From: Bugula neritina
Lineage: Eukaryota; Animalia; Bryozoa
DNA: 64,000 bases
Direction: 5' to 3'
NCBI GenBank assembly: GCA_964035545.1
Contig: OZ037767.1
Coordinates: 24,692,628-24,756,627, forward strand
Below are positions 1-13,600 of this stretch, one piece after another. The position numbers and the translations under genes are program-made. How positions within the stretch are numbered: the stretch's first letter is position 1; each line of letters begins with the position of its first letter. A model generated the notes under the pieces. The model had not been told where the DNA came from. It worked only from the letters and a program-made list of their open reading frames with translations, and searched no databases.

Positions 1-141
1 AAGTAGTAGAGCTGTTCGTGTGTTTAAGAAACAATGCCAATGTTGTGAACATTTTTGTACATGTGTAGCTTGAAAAGTAATTTGTCATGTAGAGGTTTTG
101 TTTACACCCTTTATACTAAGTAACATAGAGTGAATATTTAG

Positions 142-355
142 CCGCTGTTCCATCAGATCCATCATTCCAATGCAGGCAAGTTATTTTAAATTATAAATAT
201 TCTATACTATTTTTGATTTTACCAATAACCTATTTAACTGCTGTTCTAAACTTGTTATTTGGTTATTCCATTAGTTGAATTCAAGCTAGAAATGAAAGCA
301 TGTTCGACGTTTTAATTACTATTTTGCAGCTAGCCACACTCTCGTAGGCAAATGA
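142..355 (+). CDS. Possible last two coding exons of a gene starting left of the window (142-175, GC-AG intron, 330-355; ...PLFHQIHHSNAASHTLVGK*)
   Basis: Acceptor TTTAG before 142, CAG|GCAAGT donor at 176, TTTTGCAG acceptor before 330, phase-compatible, TGA at 353-355, AATAAA at ~438. Short and without recognisable homology. Confidence 0.3.
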
Positions 356-1002
356 TTGACCATAATTTTGAAAGGTGTTTTTACGTATTATGTTGTACTC
401 ATTGAATTACATCTACCAACTCTGTTCTCTGTAAAGCAATAAAATGTATTTCCAAACTTTAAGCTAGTCTCCAAATAATAATATTTAAATTAATTAACAA
501 AAAAGATTTTTGCTATTTAGGTCAAATAACTCTTTCATAATATTATTTTTTTACCCTTCAATAATGCTGCCAATATGATACTATTAAATAGTTAATTGGC
601 ACCATTAATACTGCAATGACCTCTTAATGTGGAAGTAGTGACACAGCTGTAGATTATTTCTGGCAAGTTGGATAAACACTTACTGACTTTATATGGTATG
701 AAAATTTATTACACTGAAAATTCCAACAAAATTATAAAGATAACAAATACAAAGCTAATAAATGATGTACAATAATAAAAACAAAACTTAATCTTATTTT
801 TTTTGCTTTTAGATATAGATTTTCGTAAAAATAAATGCATTTAAGTAACTAACAGTTATTATACAATTACTAAAGAGATAAAAATTCTAAGTGAGTTATT
901 TCAAGAACTTTTGCTATTCTGTGTGTGACAAGGCTTAGAGATATATATATGTGCAGTTAAAACATAGCTAAGTTGCATAATGAATTAGTGCCAAGCTTTT
1001 CC

Positions 1003-4000
1003 TTATACAACTTTGCCTTTTGCAACGTCAGTGGTTCCTGGGTCAACACATGTTCCTTTTCCTCTTCGGGGGTGTTTCTTGTGTGACGCTTGCTCCGTTG
1101 TCTTGGTAAAGAAACACACTAAACCTAAAAATAGCACCATGTGGAGTGTAAAGAGAAATCTTTGAAAACTCAATGTTGAACAATTTATAACCAAATAAAG
1201 TTGGCTATGTCAGTTACTATTCTTTTTATCACATATGTGCAAAAGAACATCACGAAACAAACAATTAAAGATTGCCTCAAACAAAATCCTTAATACATTT
1301 CAACTCCACAAGTTTACTTGAGTAAATTTGATGACGTGATATAGGAAGATGAATAATGATTTTTGGCAGAACCTGACTTTATGGCCAGCTGTAGGTAGTC
1401 AAGTTACTAGTAACCGTATGACAGTTTGACTAGAGAACTGACTGTTTTCCAGTACTTAGATGTGGCAAACTTCCATCAAAATAATGTACCTTTACACTGG
1501 GAGTAAATACATGGCCCGCACACCTGAGCGGTGGCTTAGACTTTAATCAGTGTTTTCATCATTGGAACAGTATAAGCATAGTCAATATTAGTGTTTCCTT
1601 ATTTCAACAAATAACACACCTGTGATGAGCAATAATCAAAGATGGCTTCTTTTACAAGTATTATCAAAATACAGGAAATCAGGTGAGAGCAGTTACCTTT
1701 CATACACTGGTCTGAAGAATGACATTTCTTGCCAATCGGTTTGTTGTGATTTTTGCCTTTGCAGTGTTTGTGTCCCTTCTTATTGGTGAAGCAGTGCTCT
1801 ACAACAAGGATGGAGTTATCATCTCTGTTGAAATACAGCGCAACTGTGTCATAATACTGATTACTTGCACACTGCTACCTGCATTCACATGTCATAAACA
1901 TATAAGGCATAATATTCACACGTGACTGATGACACATGCATTTTCTTTATATAGGTGACACAACTGGCAGATGGCATACACCAACTACTTATGTATACAT
2001 GTCACACACAGTTACAAAGAGGTACTTAAACTCACGTCCACCACTGCAGTCAGCATCAGTTGTGCACTTAACTCTCATCTTTCTGATGCGTTTATGTAAA
2101 AGTGAAGCTGATTGGTGGGTACCGGCTGGTGCATCTGACTGCATTAGGTTCAACTGAAAGAGAAACGGCTATAACATTATTGGCAGTTATGGCTAGAGAG
2201 GATTTTTGAATCTGATCCAACTCATACCTACGTATGCTCTGCAAATATACTGGTGGTACTTTATAACACAACCATGTAGCCTAACTGAGTTAACATTTCT
2301 ATCTCAGAATAACTAGCAGGTAATGCCTCACAATTCCACATGCTTGTATGCAAGAGATTTACTCATTGCCCTCCATTACCACTCTGTGTAATGACCAGCT
2401 TATGTTATTAGTTGAATGACAGAAATGTTCAAGTCTAGCTAAGTCTGATACTTATGAAAATATTTAATAATAATACTTAGTTGTGCAAGGTATAGATGGC
2501 TATTGAATGATGTAAATTTCTCATTCAATGTATATAATTATAAACAGTTCCATCCACATGACAATGTGTTACATTCTACTTATGCCCCCCTCCTTGTGCT
2601 GCCACCCTGGATACTAGTTACCATCAAGTCCAGTGGAGCATATCACCTAGATACTGCTTAACTTAATTGAGAAAGTAACAATCTCTTTCTCTGCCACACA
2701 GTATAACCACAATTCTTTAGGCATTCTCACTTCTAGTCTAGTTACTTATGAACCTAGCTTTAGTAATTAATCATTGTAATATGACAGACTTCATAGCTTG
2801 TAATTAAGTTTATATAATTATAATAACGGAATAAATAGTTAAACAGTATCTGCCTTTTTCATCAAAAATGTCATTTAAATTGGTTTTTTTATGAAATCTC
2901 AAAAGTTTCCGAATTTATTTATTTGAAACTTGCAGCTTAATATCATGCAACTGACTTCAGTCACCTTTGATGACTCATTGTTAGATTATTTTAGCAGACA
3001 AAGTACTGCCATTACAATTAGTAGTAAAGGAATAGTAGAAACTACCTGACTCTTGGAGCTCTTGGCTGCTTTTGCTGCTTTTTTTGCAGCTCTTTTCTCA
3101 GCTTTAGTCTGAAAATGAAATCACACTTTTCGTTATCATCTTAAAAGGCAAATTTCCCGGACATTACCAAAGCCAAGATAACATATAAACAATCAGTAAA
3201 GTCATTCCCAATTCAATTACCAAAAAATTAAAAAGTATTACAGTTCAATCTAAATTTTTAACATTGTTTAATTTGCATTTGTATACAGGAATTAATTGCT
3301 GATATCTACAAATGAGTATATATAATTCATATGGAAGAAGACAACTCTCCCCTTAATTTTGTTCGTAGTACATACTTCCACTATAGTAATCATAAATTAA
3401 TAAATACATTATATATATATAGAATGGTGAGTTAAATTATTAGTAAATGGAATTCATCATAACGCAATTACCGGTTTGTGAGAAGCAGTATTGTGTGGTA
3501 AAGTAGGTACTGATGTGGGCTTCACCAACTTCTTTGAGGCTGAAGAAATTAGTTGCATAGTTTTAGTTACTTTAACAGCAGTATCTAAAAACGTGAAGAC
3601 ACTGTGATAAAATCATAGTATTATCTATACACCATAGCCTTGAAGTCTGTCAGTAGAAACCTGCTGGTTCCAGGCTATTTTGTCTTCTGTAACAATTATT
3701 AGTGAAATATGCTTGTTTTTGAGGTTTCCAATGACTACGCACAGCTTAGGGTTTAAACTCTAAAAGTTATAACTTGACTTGACTATTTTTCATTTCTCAA
3801 GCTCTTAAGAATGTTATCCAACAAAACCAGATTTGAAAGAATGAAGCTGTATTGAAGTTTATAAGTCTACTCACTCTTTTTAGAGCCTCCGTGTGAAGCC
3901 TACAAAGGTCAAAGGTGAGGATATGATTAGAAGTACAATATAAGATATATTTAACATTAGGATGTGTTGAGAGACAGGCATTTGTTATAGCTAACATATT

Positions 4001-7000
4001 TTGTAAAGATTTCACACAATGAAAAAGTAGCACTAGAAATTCTTAAAATGAATGTTAAAAGAGCCCATTTAGCTGCATGCTACCTACTCTAAAGGTATAA
4101 TGGGAATTTTGTATAAGAAATAATATCAAACTAACATAATATTCTATGAGCTTGAGGATGTAATCACTACATCAAGATCTAGTTGCAACACATAACGGCA
4201 GATGCATCAATTAATTTAAGCTAGATTGCTGATAAACAACTCCTTATGTTACTAACTATTACTTTACCATTTTCCTGGCTCTGATTTCTTTCTTCAGTTT
4301 TCTTAGCAAAGCCTTGGTACTATGCAAAGTGGTTCTTAAAGTTCTGAACTCAGCCTTAAGAGTTCTTTTCTTGGTCTTGGTGGTATCTTTGCTACGGATT
4401 TCTACAAATTCATGTGCTTGTATAAAAAATTACAATAATGGTAAATCTCACGATCTGAAATCAAGTCTAAAAGTATCTTTACTACAGAAGCTTGCTATAT
4501 CCATCAGCCATATTGCTAGCATTAGTTTGAAAGAAACATCACACACCTCCTCTTTCCCCAAAGAAGAAGATTCTCTAGCTACAACATTATAAATATTTAT
4601 GTTTTACCAAATGCACACACCTTGCTTCAACCTTCTTGCTTTGGCCTGTCCATCCTTCAGGTTCTTTCTAGTAGCCTTGGCCTCACTAAAAGGAATAGAA
4701 GTGGGTGACTACTGACTCAACACATGTTATTGTATTTAGACACTAAGAGCTAAGGCTAGTGTGAGTATGTGTAAGTATGTGTAAGAATAAGTAAGTATAG
4801 GTAAATACAAGTAAGTATAGATAAGTATATGTAAGTAATTATACACAAGCGTTATAGGCAAGTTGGTCATCTTCTTTGGTCATTAAGCTATTTATGACTA
4901 AAATTGTTTTTTTATCAACAATTTTTTTGTATTAAATTATTCTAGTTTCTAAAAGGTGCATAATTATAAACATAAAATATAAACTGCATATATACTATGC
5001 TTTATAGTTCTACGCAGCTTTAAATTAAGTTTGTATTAAATTATGTCACTGGGCAAAAGACTTAACTTAAACAAACATTTTAATAGACAAGACTTGGGTT
5101 GAAAAATTTATTTCCAGTTTTGCGATTGGTTATTGAAGTTTAGGTCTAGTTGTTATTAGATTTTTCTCATATATAGCTAAACTTACTGTTTCAACTCCGG
5201 CAGGGTTTTAGAGGTTAAATCAGTAGACAAGCTCTGAGCTGCTTTTTTGTCAACATCGTCTGCCCCTAGCAGCTCCTACAAAGATGTACCAAAACTAGTT
5301 TCACATTTAATATTCATCACCAACGATATGCGTGTCACATAATCATAAAGTGGTAATTAAGCACCATTACAAATTTAATGCAAATAATATGCATGTGTTG
5401 CATATTGTGAAGACATCCGAAATTGTCTCAGCATATCTTACATGGAGAGATAACTTACTATACTTGCCATAGAACCATCTCTTTTGCGTTACCAAAATGA
5501 AATTGTATAAACTACACTAAGATAGAGATCCAGAACTTGATGATAATCAAAACTAGCAACTTAAATTTTTATGCTTACTCACTCAAATTTTCTATCCTCA
5601 AATAACAAAATATTAAATTTTTACTAATCTACTATTATAATAACACTAGGAGACCTTAAACAAGTCAACTGCAAGGTCTTTGAGTGGACAACTTCTTTAG
5701 AAGGCCACAAAAACCAGAATTTTAAAACAACTGAGAAAAGTTCAAACCAGACCACTTAGAATCACTGCAAAGCAGGAAATACTATTATTATAAAATAGTC
5801 TCAAAAGCTTGAAGAGATGTGTGGCAAGTTATAGTAATACAGGATAAGGGAAGTGAGCTTACACCAGCATTACCCAGGTTTTGTCAATATAGGCGCTGAT
5901 ATTTTACTCTTTGGCTTCAGACTTTTTATCAAAGTTCATCACTTTGCTTCAAAAACATTTAAACATAACTATAGAAATGCTATAATGGCTCTTTACTCAA
6001 ATAGCAAAAGTTCTGACAATGCAGGTAAACTAAACTATATCCACAAAGACCACAGTGTGTGCATATTATTAGCCTTTGATGTGACTGATGTAAAGACGTA
6101 GAATCTAGGTAGTTCATGTTGAGATCTGCTTGATACAAAGTCATAGTAACTTGTAAGCACTTTTGACTAAGCAACTAGAAACTAGGAGAACATTTAGCAC
6201 GTTGAAGTGATTCTAAAAATTAATCACGCATTTTTATCTTAAATTTTATTTTTACATATACCAGACAAAAAAATGCTTATAAAAGAGGAAATTAAAGGAA
6301 TAATCAAGGCCTTGGCTGTACACCTAAAACTCTATGTTGCTATAGCAACGAAAAGGATTAGGTTGAGATGTCAATCTTGATGAGATCACTTCCTTTTATT
6401 GTAAGATTTATGGTTCGACAACAGTTGCTACAGCTAGTAGCAATATTATGTACATGTATTCTTCAACTTATAGGTGATCCAACACAAGTAGATTAGTAGT
6501 TATGATTTAACTAATGAATAAGAAATTCCCTCACTCACTGAATATAAGTGTGAAACTCCACAAGTACTGCACACCTATGGTTAATATTATACAGTCATTG
6601 AATATGTACAATGAGCATAATGTAAGTCTAGTTCTAGTATATTTGTGATGAAAATGTCAGTTCTGAGGCCAATTATGTGAGGAGATAACCCCTAGAGCTA
6701 CTAGAGAAAAAATCATGCGTAACAAAGAGCTTACAGCTGACTAATAGGTTTGTCTGATTCAGTGTAACTTTTACTTCCTTTATTCAGAACTTTAACCAGA
6801 AAACAGATTTACAGAATCTCTTTGTTATTGCACCTATTCTTCTCAACTCAATATATTTACAAGTTAACTAGCTACTTTCTAAAGAGTTTCTACAGAGTAT
6901 CTACTGAGTATCTACAGAGTATCTACAAAGTATCTACAGGCTATTCAAAGAGTATTTCCTGACTATCTACAGAGTATTTCCTGGCTTTCTACAGAATGCA

Positions 7001-8650
7001 CACTAACTATAGTATAATAAAATTGAGTGTAATATTATTTTACAGTGTGTAAAACACAATGTAAAATTGGAGTTGTTTAATAACTGAAATGTTACCACAT
7101 CTGGTGAGAGCAGGATAAACCTAACCCAGATTTTCTATTCCAAAATATGCTTTCAACAAATAGACTTACAGACAGACAACCATATGAGCGGACAAACAGA
7201 CAGACAGACAACTATATGAGCAGACAAACACAAACACATATATTTACAGAAAGACAGACAGACAGACAGACATTGATGTGTATAGAGATGAGTAAGGTGA
7301 CAGTAAAGTCACTAAATATCTTTGGAGGTGTATAAATCATAATATGAAAGTGTGTATATATCAGCCAATAGCATGGAATCAATTTAACATAATAATGGAT
7401 GAAATGCTCTATTTAACTCAACACCAACCCAACTAGAGTTATGGCTACCATTCAATCTTCCACTGTGTCAAAAGCCTAATTGATGTTTACATCATTCCTT
7501 CTAGTAGAAACTGTATAATAAATACTATATATAGTGTATATATACCTGATGGGAACACACAGATAGCTTATCAGCTACAGGTTGTTTAAATAGCCATTTC
7601 TCATGTATTGGTGTTAGCTAGTAGTAGTTATAGTAGTACTCTTTTCAGATACAAACACTAACCAGCTTAGCCTTGGCCTCTATATTTGAGGTTTGAAGTG
7701 CATACGCAGGTCACCCAGCCTGCATAATTTCTATTAAAACTTCACAAAATTCTTTGAAATTTCTTATAAGTCACCATTATTATAATATGTATTGTACTAG
7801 CCTTATTATATAGCATTAAAATGATTCATGGAACATAATATATCAACTTTATTTCAAAAGGTTCTCCACAAGAAAACAACTTGTGAAAATTTGTCACATG
7901 ATTTTCCTCAAGTGAATAGCGAAATGACAATACTTTATTCTACTAAGTCTAGAAGTTGAATCAGATTACGAGCTCATTCATGCTTGCTGTTATGCCTGAA
8001 AAGTGTTCTAAGTTATAGCTGGCATTTCATCATTTCATACAAGTTTCTAAAACTAGCAGTTAACAAGGTAAAAAGTTCAGACTGTGAAAATTGTTACAAT
8101 TCGGCAGGCTGAGGGTTTGAATTAGATTGTGAAAATTGTGGAAATTAATAGATTTCCCAACTCTGTACTTTTGATTAGCTGAATAGTTAAATAAATACAG
8201 CTGGTTTTTACCTGTGACTTCTCTAGGTACAAAAAATTAGTGGCAATATTCTGATTAAATATGGCCAGCCATTAATCTTACATTTACCTGATACCATCCA
8301 GGGTCAATCATGGAAATCACTAGAAGCAGCACCAATTTGGGGACGACTAAACACAGCATTCATATACACATCAGTGCCCAACCCCCCCAACCACTGCACT
8401 CAGTCACCCACCAACTCGGTGCTGCTTTCAGTCAATCTTGGTACAAGCTTTTGGAAATTAGCCTTAGTTCTAAAATTGCTAGTTGCTGTCTACTATGAAA
8501 GCCCTTCAAACTCAGACTCCAAACTGTGACAAGTACAGTTGCTAAGTTAAGATAGAAATTAGCTCTTCACTCAAGAGAAGACAACTCTAAACTTACCTTA
8601 GAAGAGACAATGGCCACCAGAAGGAGTAACGCACACACAGCCCACTTCAT
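1003..8650 (-). CDS. Secreted Lys/Arg-rich protein (~300 aa) with two C-terminal C-x5-C-x5-C-xn-C modules (loosely Dickkopf/colipase/draxin-like spacing)
   Basis: Exons 8597-8650 (MKWAVCALLLLVAIVSSK, signal peptide), 5187-5275, 4621-4685, 4268-4401, 3875-3899, 3633-3686, 3472-3539, 3046-3108, 2036-2153, 1697-1798, 1003-1124; all GT-AG and phases chain without a stop (0,2,1,0,1,1,0,0,1,1). C-terminus CTTDADCSGGQHC...HCKG...GKKCHSSDQCMKGLVC...GTCV. Extra small exons between 5275 and 8597 cannot be excluded. Confidence 0.8.
6336..6349. promoter_or_regulatory. Perfect palindromic RFX X-box-like motif (GTTGCTATAGCAAC) in an intron
   Basis: Exact 14-bp palindrome matching the RFX consensus GTYRCYNNRGYAAC; function not demonstrable from sequence. 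Confidence 0.4.
6888..6995. repeat. Degenerate 11-bp tandem repeat (GAGTATCTACA)
   Basis: Visible tandem copies in intron. Confidence 0.75.
7160..7272. repeat. Degenerate (ACAG)n microsatellite
   Basis: Visible ACAG/GACA runs. Confidence 0.8.
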
Positions 8651-9283
8651 TGTAGCCTCAGTTACCTAAATTAAGGAAAATGTGTTAGCATTAAGCAGTA
8701 CAATCTTGACTTTTGTTGGTACATAGCCTACCTTAAACCTATAGTTACTCAAATGGCACAAAAGTATTTCTTGAACACATTAATACAATGTTTGGCTGGA
8801 TTTCATCCACTTTGAACATTACACCACACAGTCTTCAATGTGGTGTGTCTATAGATAACTTGGACGAAATACTACAGGTACTTGTATAAAGTGACAATGT
8901 TATAAATAAGAAAAACAAATAAACAACGTGTGCTCTGATTTCTAATGAACAAAACATTTGGCTTTCAAGTTTCCACTTCGATTTTACTGGTTTCTACTTT
9001 TACATATTAACTTTTATTTTTAGAACTGAGTATTAACAGTTGGTAGGCCACAGTTTGCTATAATTTATCTTGCACTTCTTAGTATATTATAATTACTCAT
9101 AGTTTACACCTAATCATCACCCACATACAAAATATAATACTAATAGGTGCTAACTAATGAAACATTTATAAACAATAAATGACTAATACTAGTAGTACCT
9201 ATTCTACAATGTTTCAATACAGTTATGTACAGTAATCATGGTATAACAGCATGGACTAAGTAAGTAGTAGTGATTAACAGTAC

Positions 9284-9482
9284 CTGCTGTGTTACAAGCT
9301 AAGACAATGACTCTTCAGTGTTGCAGAGTGTAAGTGTAATGTACGTAGCTATCCAACACCTTGTGGTAACAATGGCTTCTTTAATATCAACAATTCAAGT
9401 CAACGTGAGCATAATCTGAACCATTACGATCATCAGCCAATCACAATGAGGCACTGAGCTCAGTAAATACTAAATCCCGCCC
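9284..9482 (-). promoter_or_regulatory. Putative non-coding first exon and promoter of the secreted-protein gene
   Basis: CAG|GTACTG donor at 9284/9283 matching the acceptor before 8665; CCAAT box 9437-9441 and GC box CCCGCCC 9476-9482 just upstream. Confidence 0.4.
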
Positions 9483-10653
9483 TCTCTGTCACTGATATTT
9501 TTATTGCACCTTCACGTTTATGTCTTAAATTGAACAAAAAAAATATGGTTCCGGTGTTTATGCAAAAGCAGCTAAGCCACACATTGCAGGACTATAGTTA
9601 TTTTTACTTTACAGAAAGCATTGTTTGATTGTTTTTACTCTAGATCTGCCAAACAGAAAACATATTAGGCTCAGATTTTTATGAATATCATATATATTTA
9701 TATAAATGTGTGGATAAATGTCTGTATAGATGTATGTATAGGCGTGTGTATAGATGTGTGTATAGATGTGTGTGTGTGTGGTGTGTGTCAAATCTTTTTG
9801 GTCGATTGAATGAAACTTCACATAATTTTGAAACCAGAAGTGTTTAACCTATCAAGCCAGTCAACACTGTCTAAACTAATTTTTATGATCGGCTTAAAAC
9901 CCAAGACCACTCAAGTCATTTGTCAACTTATACTAATAAATCTTTAAACTAATTCTTATAGAAAAATTAAAAATACCAAAGTGTCTCTCCTTTAATACCA
10001 GCTGCTTCAGTAAGAGAAACTCATTAAAATATTTCTCAGCGTTTAATCTGGAAATTAATGCAAATGATTAAATAAATAACTCTTGTCATTATCTTGAAGT
10101 CATGGTGAAACTGCTTAGTTTTTTTTCCTATGAAGATGGTAATATATTCGTAATGGGCCACAGTAAATTTCTAAGAATGATATATGGCCATTATTAGTTG
10201 TGTTGTATGGAGTGAGAAGTGTGCCACCAATGTCTGGGGTCTGAGCATTAATAATACAACTATCAACCAGACTGCCATGTACGAATATTACTTCAACTGT
10301 ATACTGATTATTAAAATTAGCTTCATAATTATACCAATTTCTGATGAGCACTCTGTACACATGAGATAATCAACTCTCTATAGCACTAAATCTGAAAGCA
10401 AACCATAGAAGAATAAAAATAAAAACAACTGGACAGCCTGAAAATTCGACATTAGGAGTAAAATTTCTAAATGCTGGATGGGTTATAAATTCGACTTAGA
10501 TACTCCAATAATTTAGTTATTTTACATGATTTTAGAAATTAAATGCTAATCAAATGACTCAAATTCACAATAATTTCCTTTCAAAAAATCATATGCTTTA
10601 TGTTTACATCAATAAAAAATCAACATGCAGTTATAATATCTTTATAATATCAA

Positions 10654-13600
10654 CTATTTCTTTTTGTTGCCCTTTTTTCCTGCCTTTGCCTCACTTTTTC
10701 TCTTCAATTTTTTAGCTTTTTTTGGTTCTGGTGCAGACGGATCTTTGCCAGTCATGATGAATATAGCCTCATTTTCATTATACTCACGGCGTGGATCTCG
10801 TTTTTCTCTTCTTTGAAAGTCATAATGTTTTTCTGCAGCAAGAAAAACAATAGAGATGTGCAAAATAACTTTCTAGACAGCTAGCAGAAAGAAGTTTAGC
10901 TGCATACTGAAAAATGTGCTTGAAGAGTAGACTTAGAGCTGAGTATAAACTGGTTCGCTACTAACTTGATGTGTTGTGCCCAAAGCTATGGTTAGTAAAC
11001 ATTGTGTATAACATAGTTTCTAAATCAGAAAACATCTCTTGCGAAAAAATTTGACTAAAAAAGTATTCAACAGATAGAGAATTCTTTAGCAGTAAACAAA
11101 TTACATTAATCAATTTTGTGTAACCAGTTTCTTACAAGAAAAAATACCTAAATTCTTATATTGAAATTGTATGGTATAACTAGGTATATAAACCATTAGA
11201 AGATAGTATGTTTTAAGTTATGACTTCCATTGTTCGGATCACTTGAACCTTATATTTGATCACAGCAACAAATAGTTGAAAAAGAAGTTACAGAGGATGA
11301 AATAATGCGATAAATAGAGCATTATATTATTTGCTTTTGTAAAATGTTTTATTTGACACGAGGACAACATTCTTGATAACACAGCATAATAACACATTTA
11401 AGAACTTAAAACTCTTTGTGCAGTAAGGCAAAAACGTGTGAATAGATAAGAATAGATTAGTGAAATGATTCTTTTTCTCTAAATACCTTAGTTAAGTCTA
11501 GAATATTGAATCAGATGGCCTTTTGATATATATTGATATTCATTTATACCGATTGTTATTCCTTATTAGGGTGAAAATTGTAACAGGCTGAATAAATGTT
11601 ATACACAGTGTTAAACCTACTTTAGCTCTAAGTTAATAGACTAACAGATAAAAAGTGTAGCAAAGAATAAATACCAATGTGATGATTCAATCTCAAGGTG
11701 TCCCAAGACTTAGGAAAAAATGTAATTTTATTGTGAGAGATGTCGAGAAACTTCAACCAATTCATTTTGCATATGGAATCAGGTAACTCTAACAGTAAAT
11801 TGTCCTTGAGACTGAGCTCTAAACACAAAACAGAACAGTGCTCAAAAGAATTTCTCTAGACTTCAGAGTAGCAAATTTGTATTTCAAAGATGGTGTATGA
11901 CATTATAATACAATAAATATCTTGCAAAATGACAAACCTCATAACAGCAATATTGGCCGCAAATATTTAATAAATAAACTAATAGTTCAATCATTTGTAA
12001 GCCACACGATAAATTTTAATAATGTTAAAGAAGCAATTTATTTAAACTTATAATAAAAGTAAAAATATGCCACTTGAAGGTGAGCTTTTACCAGTGCCAG
12101 TTGATATACCTTATGTATTTACTTAACATGAATTCTAAGCATCTCATATTACCTTTAAGGTGCAAACACACTATATATTATGCAATGAACATAGCACAAA
12201 AGAAAAAGTTTTACGAAATATTCAAACGTCATAATAGAAGGTAATCTTGAACTTCAATAGCCATTTTTGCCTGATGATGAATAAAATGCCTCAATATGAG
12301 TGCTGTAGCATTTTACAACATCTTGGACGTGAACTGTTTTTTAATTTGATTTAATTTTGATGTATGATTAGCTATTTAACACAATTCACAATAAACAGAC
12401 AATGTTACATGATTTGCTCAATATAAATACAGTTTTTCCCTAGTGATATGTAAGCTCTGCTTTGCAGGAAAATATAAAAAATCTGTCAACTTAGGCAAAC
12501 ATTATTCGTATAGTAAAAAGTCACCTATTTTATGCCACTTTCACTTATGTCATACTGCACCTTTAGTAAAATTGTCATGCATGTGTACAATAGTACAATA
12601 CAAATTCACTCACACTACAGCCTTGTTGATCAGAACATATTACATCTAACAGCTGAAATGCTATGACAATCTATAAAATTATTTTACATGTGGCCAAAAG
12701 TAAGTAAAGCAAGCATGAGAACAATTTTCACATCAACAACTATGCTAAATTATCACTATACTTTCAAGGTCACTTTTTTTTTAAAACTACAGAGAAAATG
12801 TAAAAACTCACTATAACTTGTTTGTTAAATGAAAAGTTATCTTACCCTGAAGTTGAGTAAGTTTATGGAAATCATTTGGCACGTGGATAAGATCATTCTC
12901 GGCGAAGTTGAGGTACTCCAGTCGGTAGAGAGAAGTCACGTCAGGGTGCAGCCATGTCAAGTAGTTACCGTGAACATCCAAGTGTTTGAGACTTGCAAAC
13001 CAATGAAAGTTTGCTCTCTGCAACTCCTCAAACTGGTTCACTAAACAAGGTTGGTAAGTGTATTTACAGGTAAGTATGTTTACAGGTAAGAGTGTTTACA
13101 AGTACGTGTATTTATCGACATGAGCAACAGCTATACAAGTGTAATGAAATAATAAGACTATATAAAAGTTTATCACTAAGCAATTTGTTAAAACTTGGAA
13201 GTCAGAAAGTTCTATGATATTTTATAAATTTGCATAAAATCACAAGAAAAAAAATGTGCTTAGTTAATAACAGTGCAAATGATTCATGAAATTTTACTGC
13301 ATTTCATCATATTTTAAAATAATTCAATATTGTATATTAATTTAATATGCACCGTACTACATATTATTAAGGTTTTTAGGCAATATCATAAAAGAAAAGC
13401 TTTATCTGTGTTAGTGGCTTAAGAGCAATGTAGAATATATAACATGATCAGTAAAATGATATGAAAACACAACTAATTGTTAAGAAAGGGCACTTACCTG
13501 AAATATTTAAATACAGCAAAGGGAATGGAATAATAACATCCATGTCAGATTTCTTGCTGGGTAGACTTAAGGACTTAATTTTGTTGTTTGATACATTGAG

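Noticed and set aside
2290-2400. Possible CR1/L2 LINE 3' remnant (FTQRVV..WN.LP-like on - strand)
   Set aside because: Too degenerate to support without a search.
4547-4578. Small exon-like segment with good splice sites
   Set aside because: 32 nt; breaks the reading frame between its neighbours.
7663-7719. Exon-like 57-nt segment (- strand, phase 0-0) with one in-frame TGA, suggesting selenocysteine
   Set aside because: No SECIS-like AUGA/AA/GA stem seen in the 3'UTR (700-1002); gene model works without it.
11487-11587. Possible alternative last exon of the LRR gene (ACYNFHPNKE*)
   Set aside because: Only an acceptor-like site and 10 codons; no independent support.
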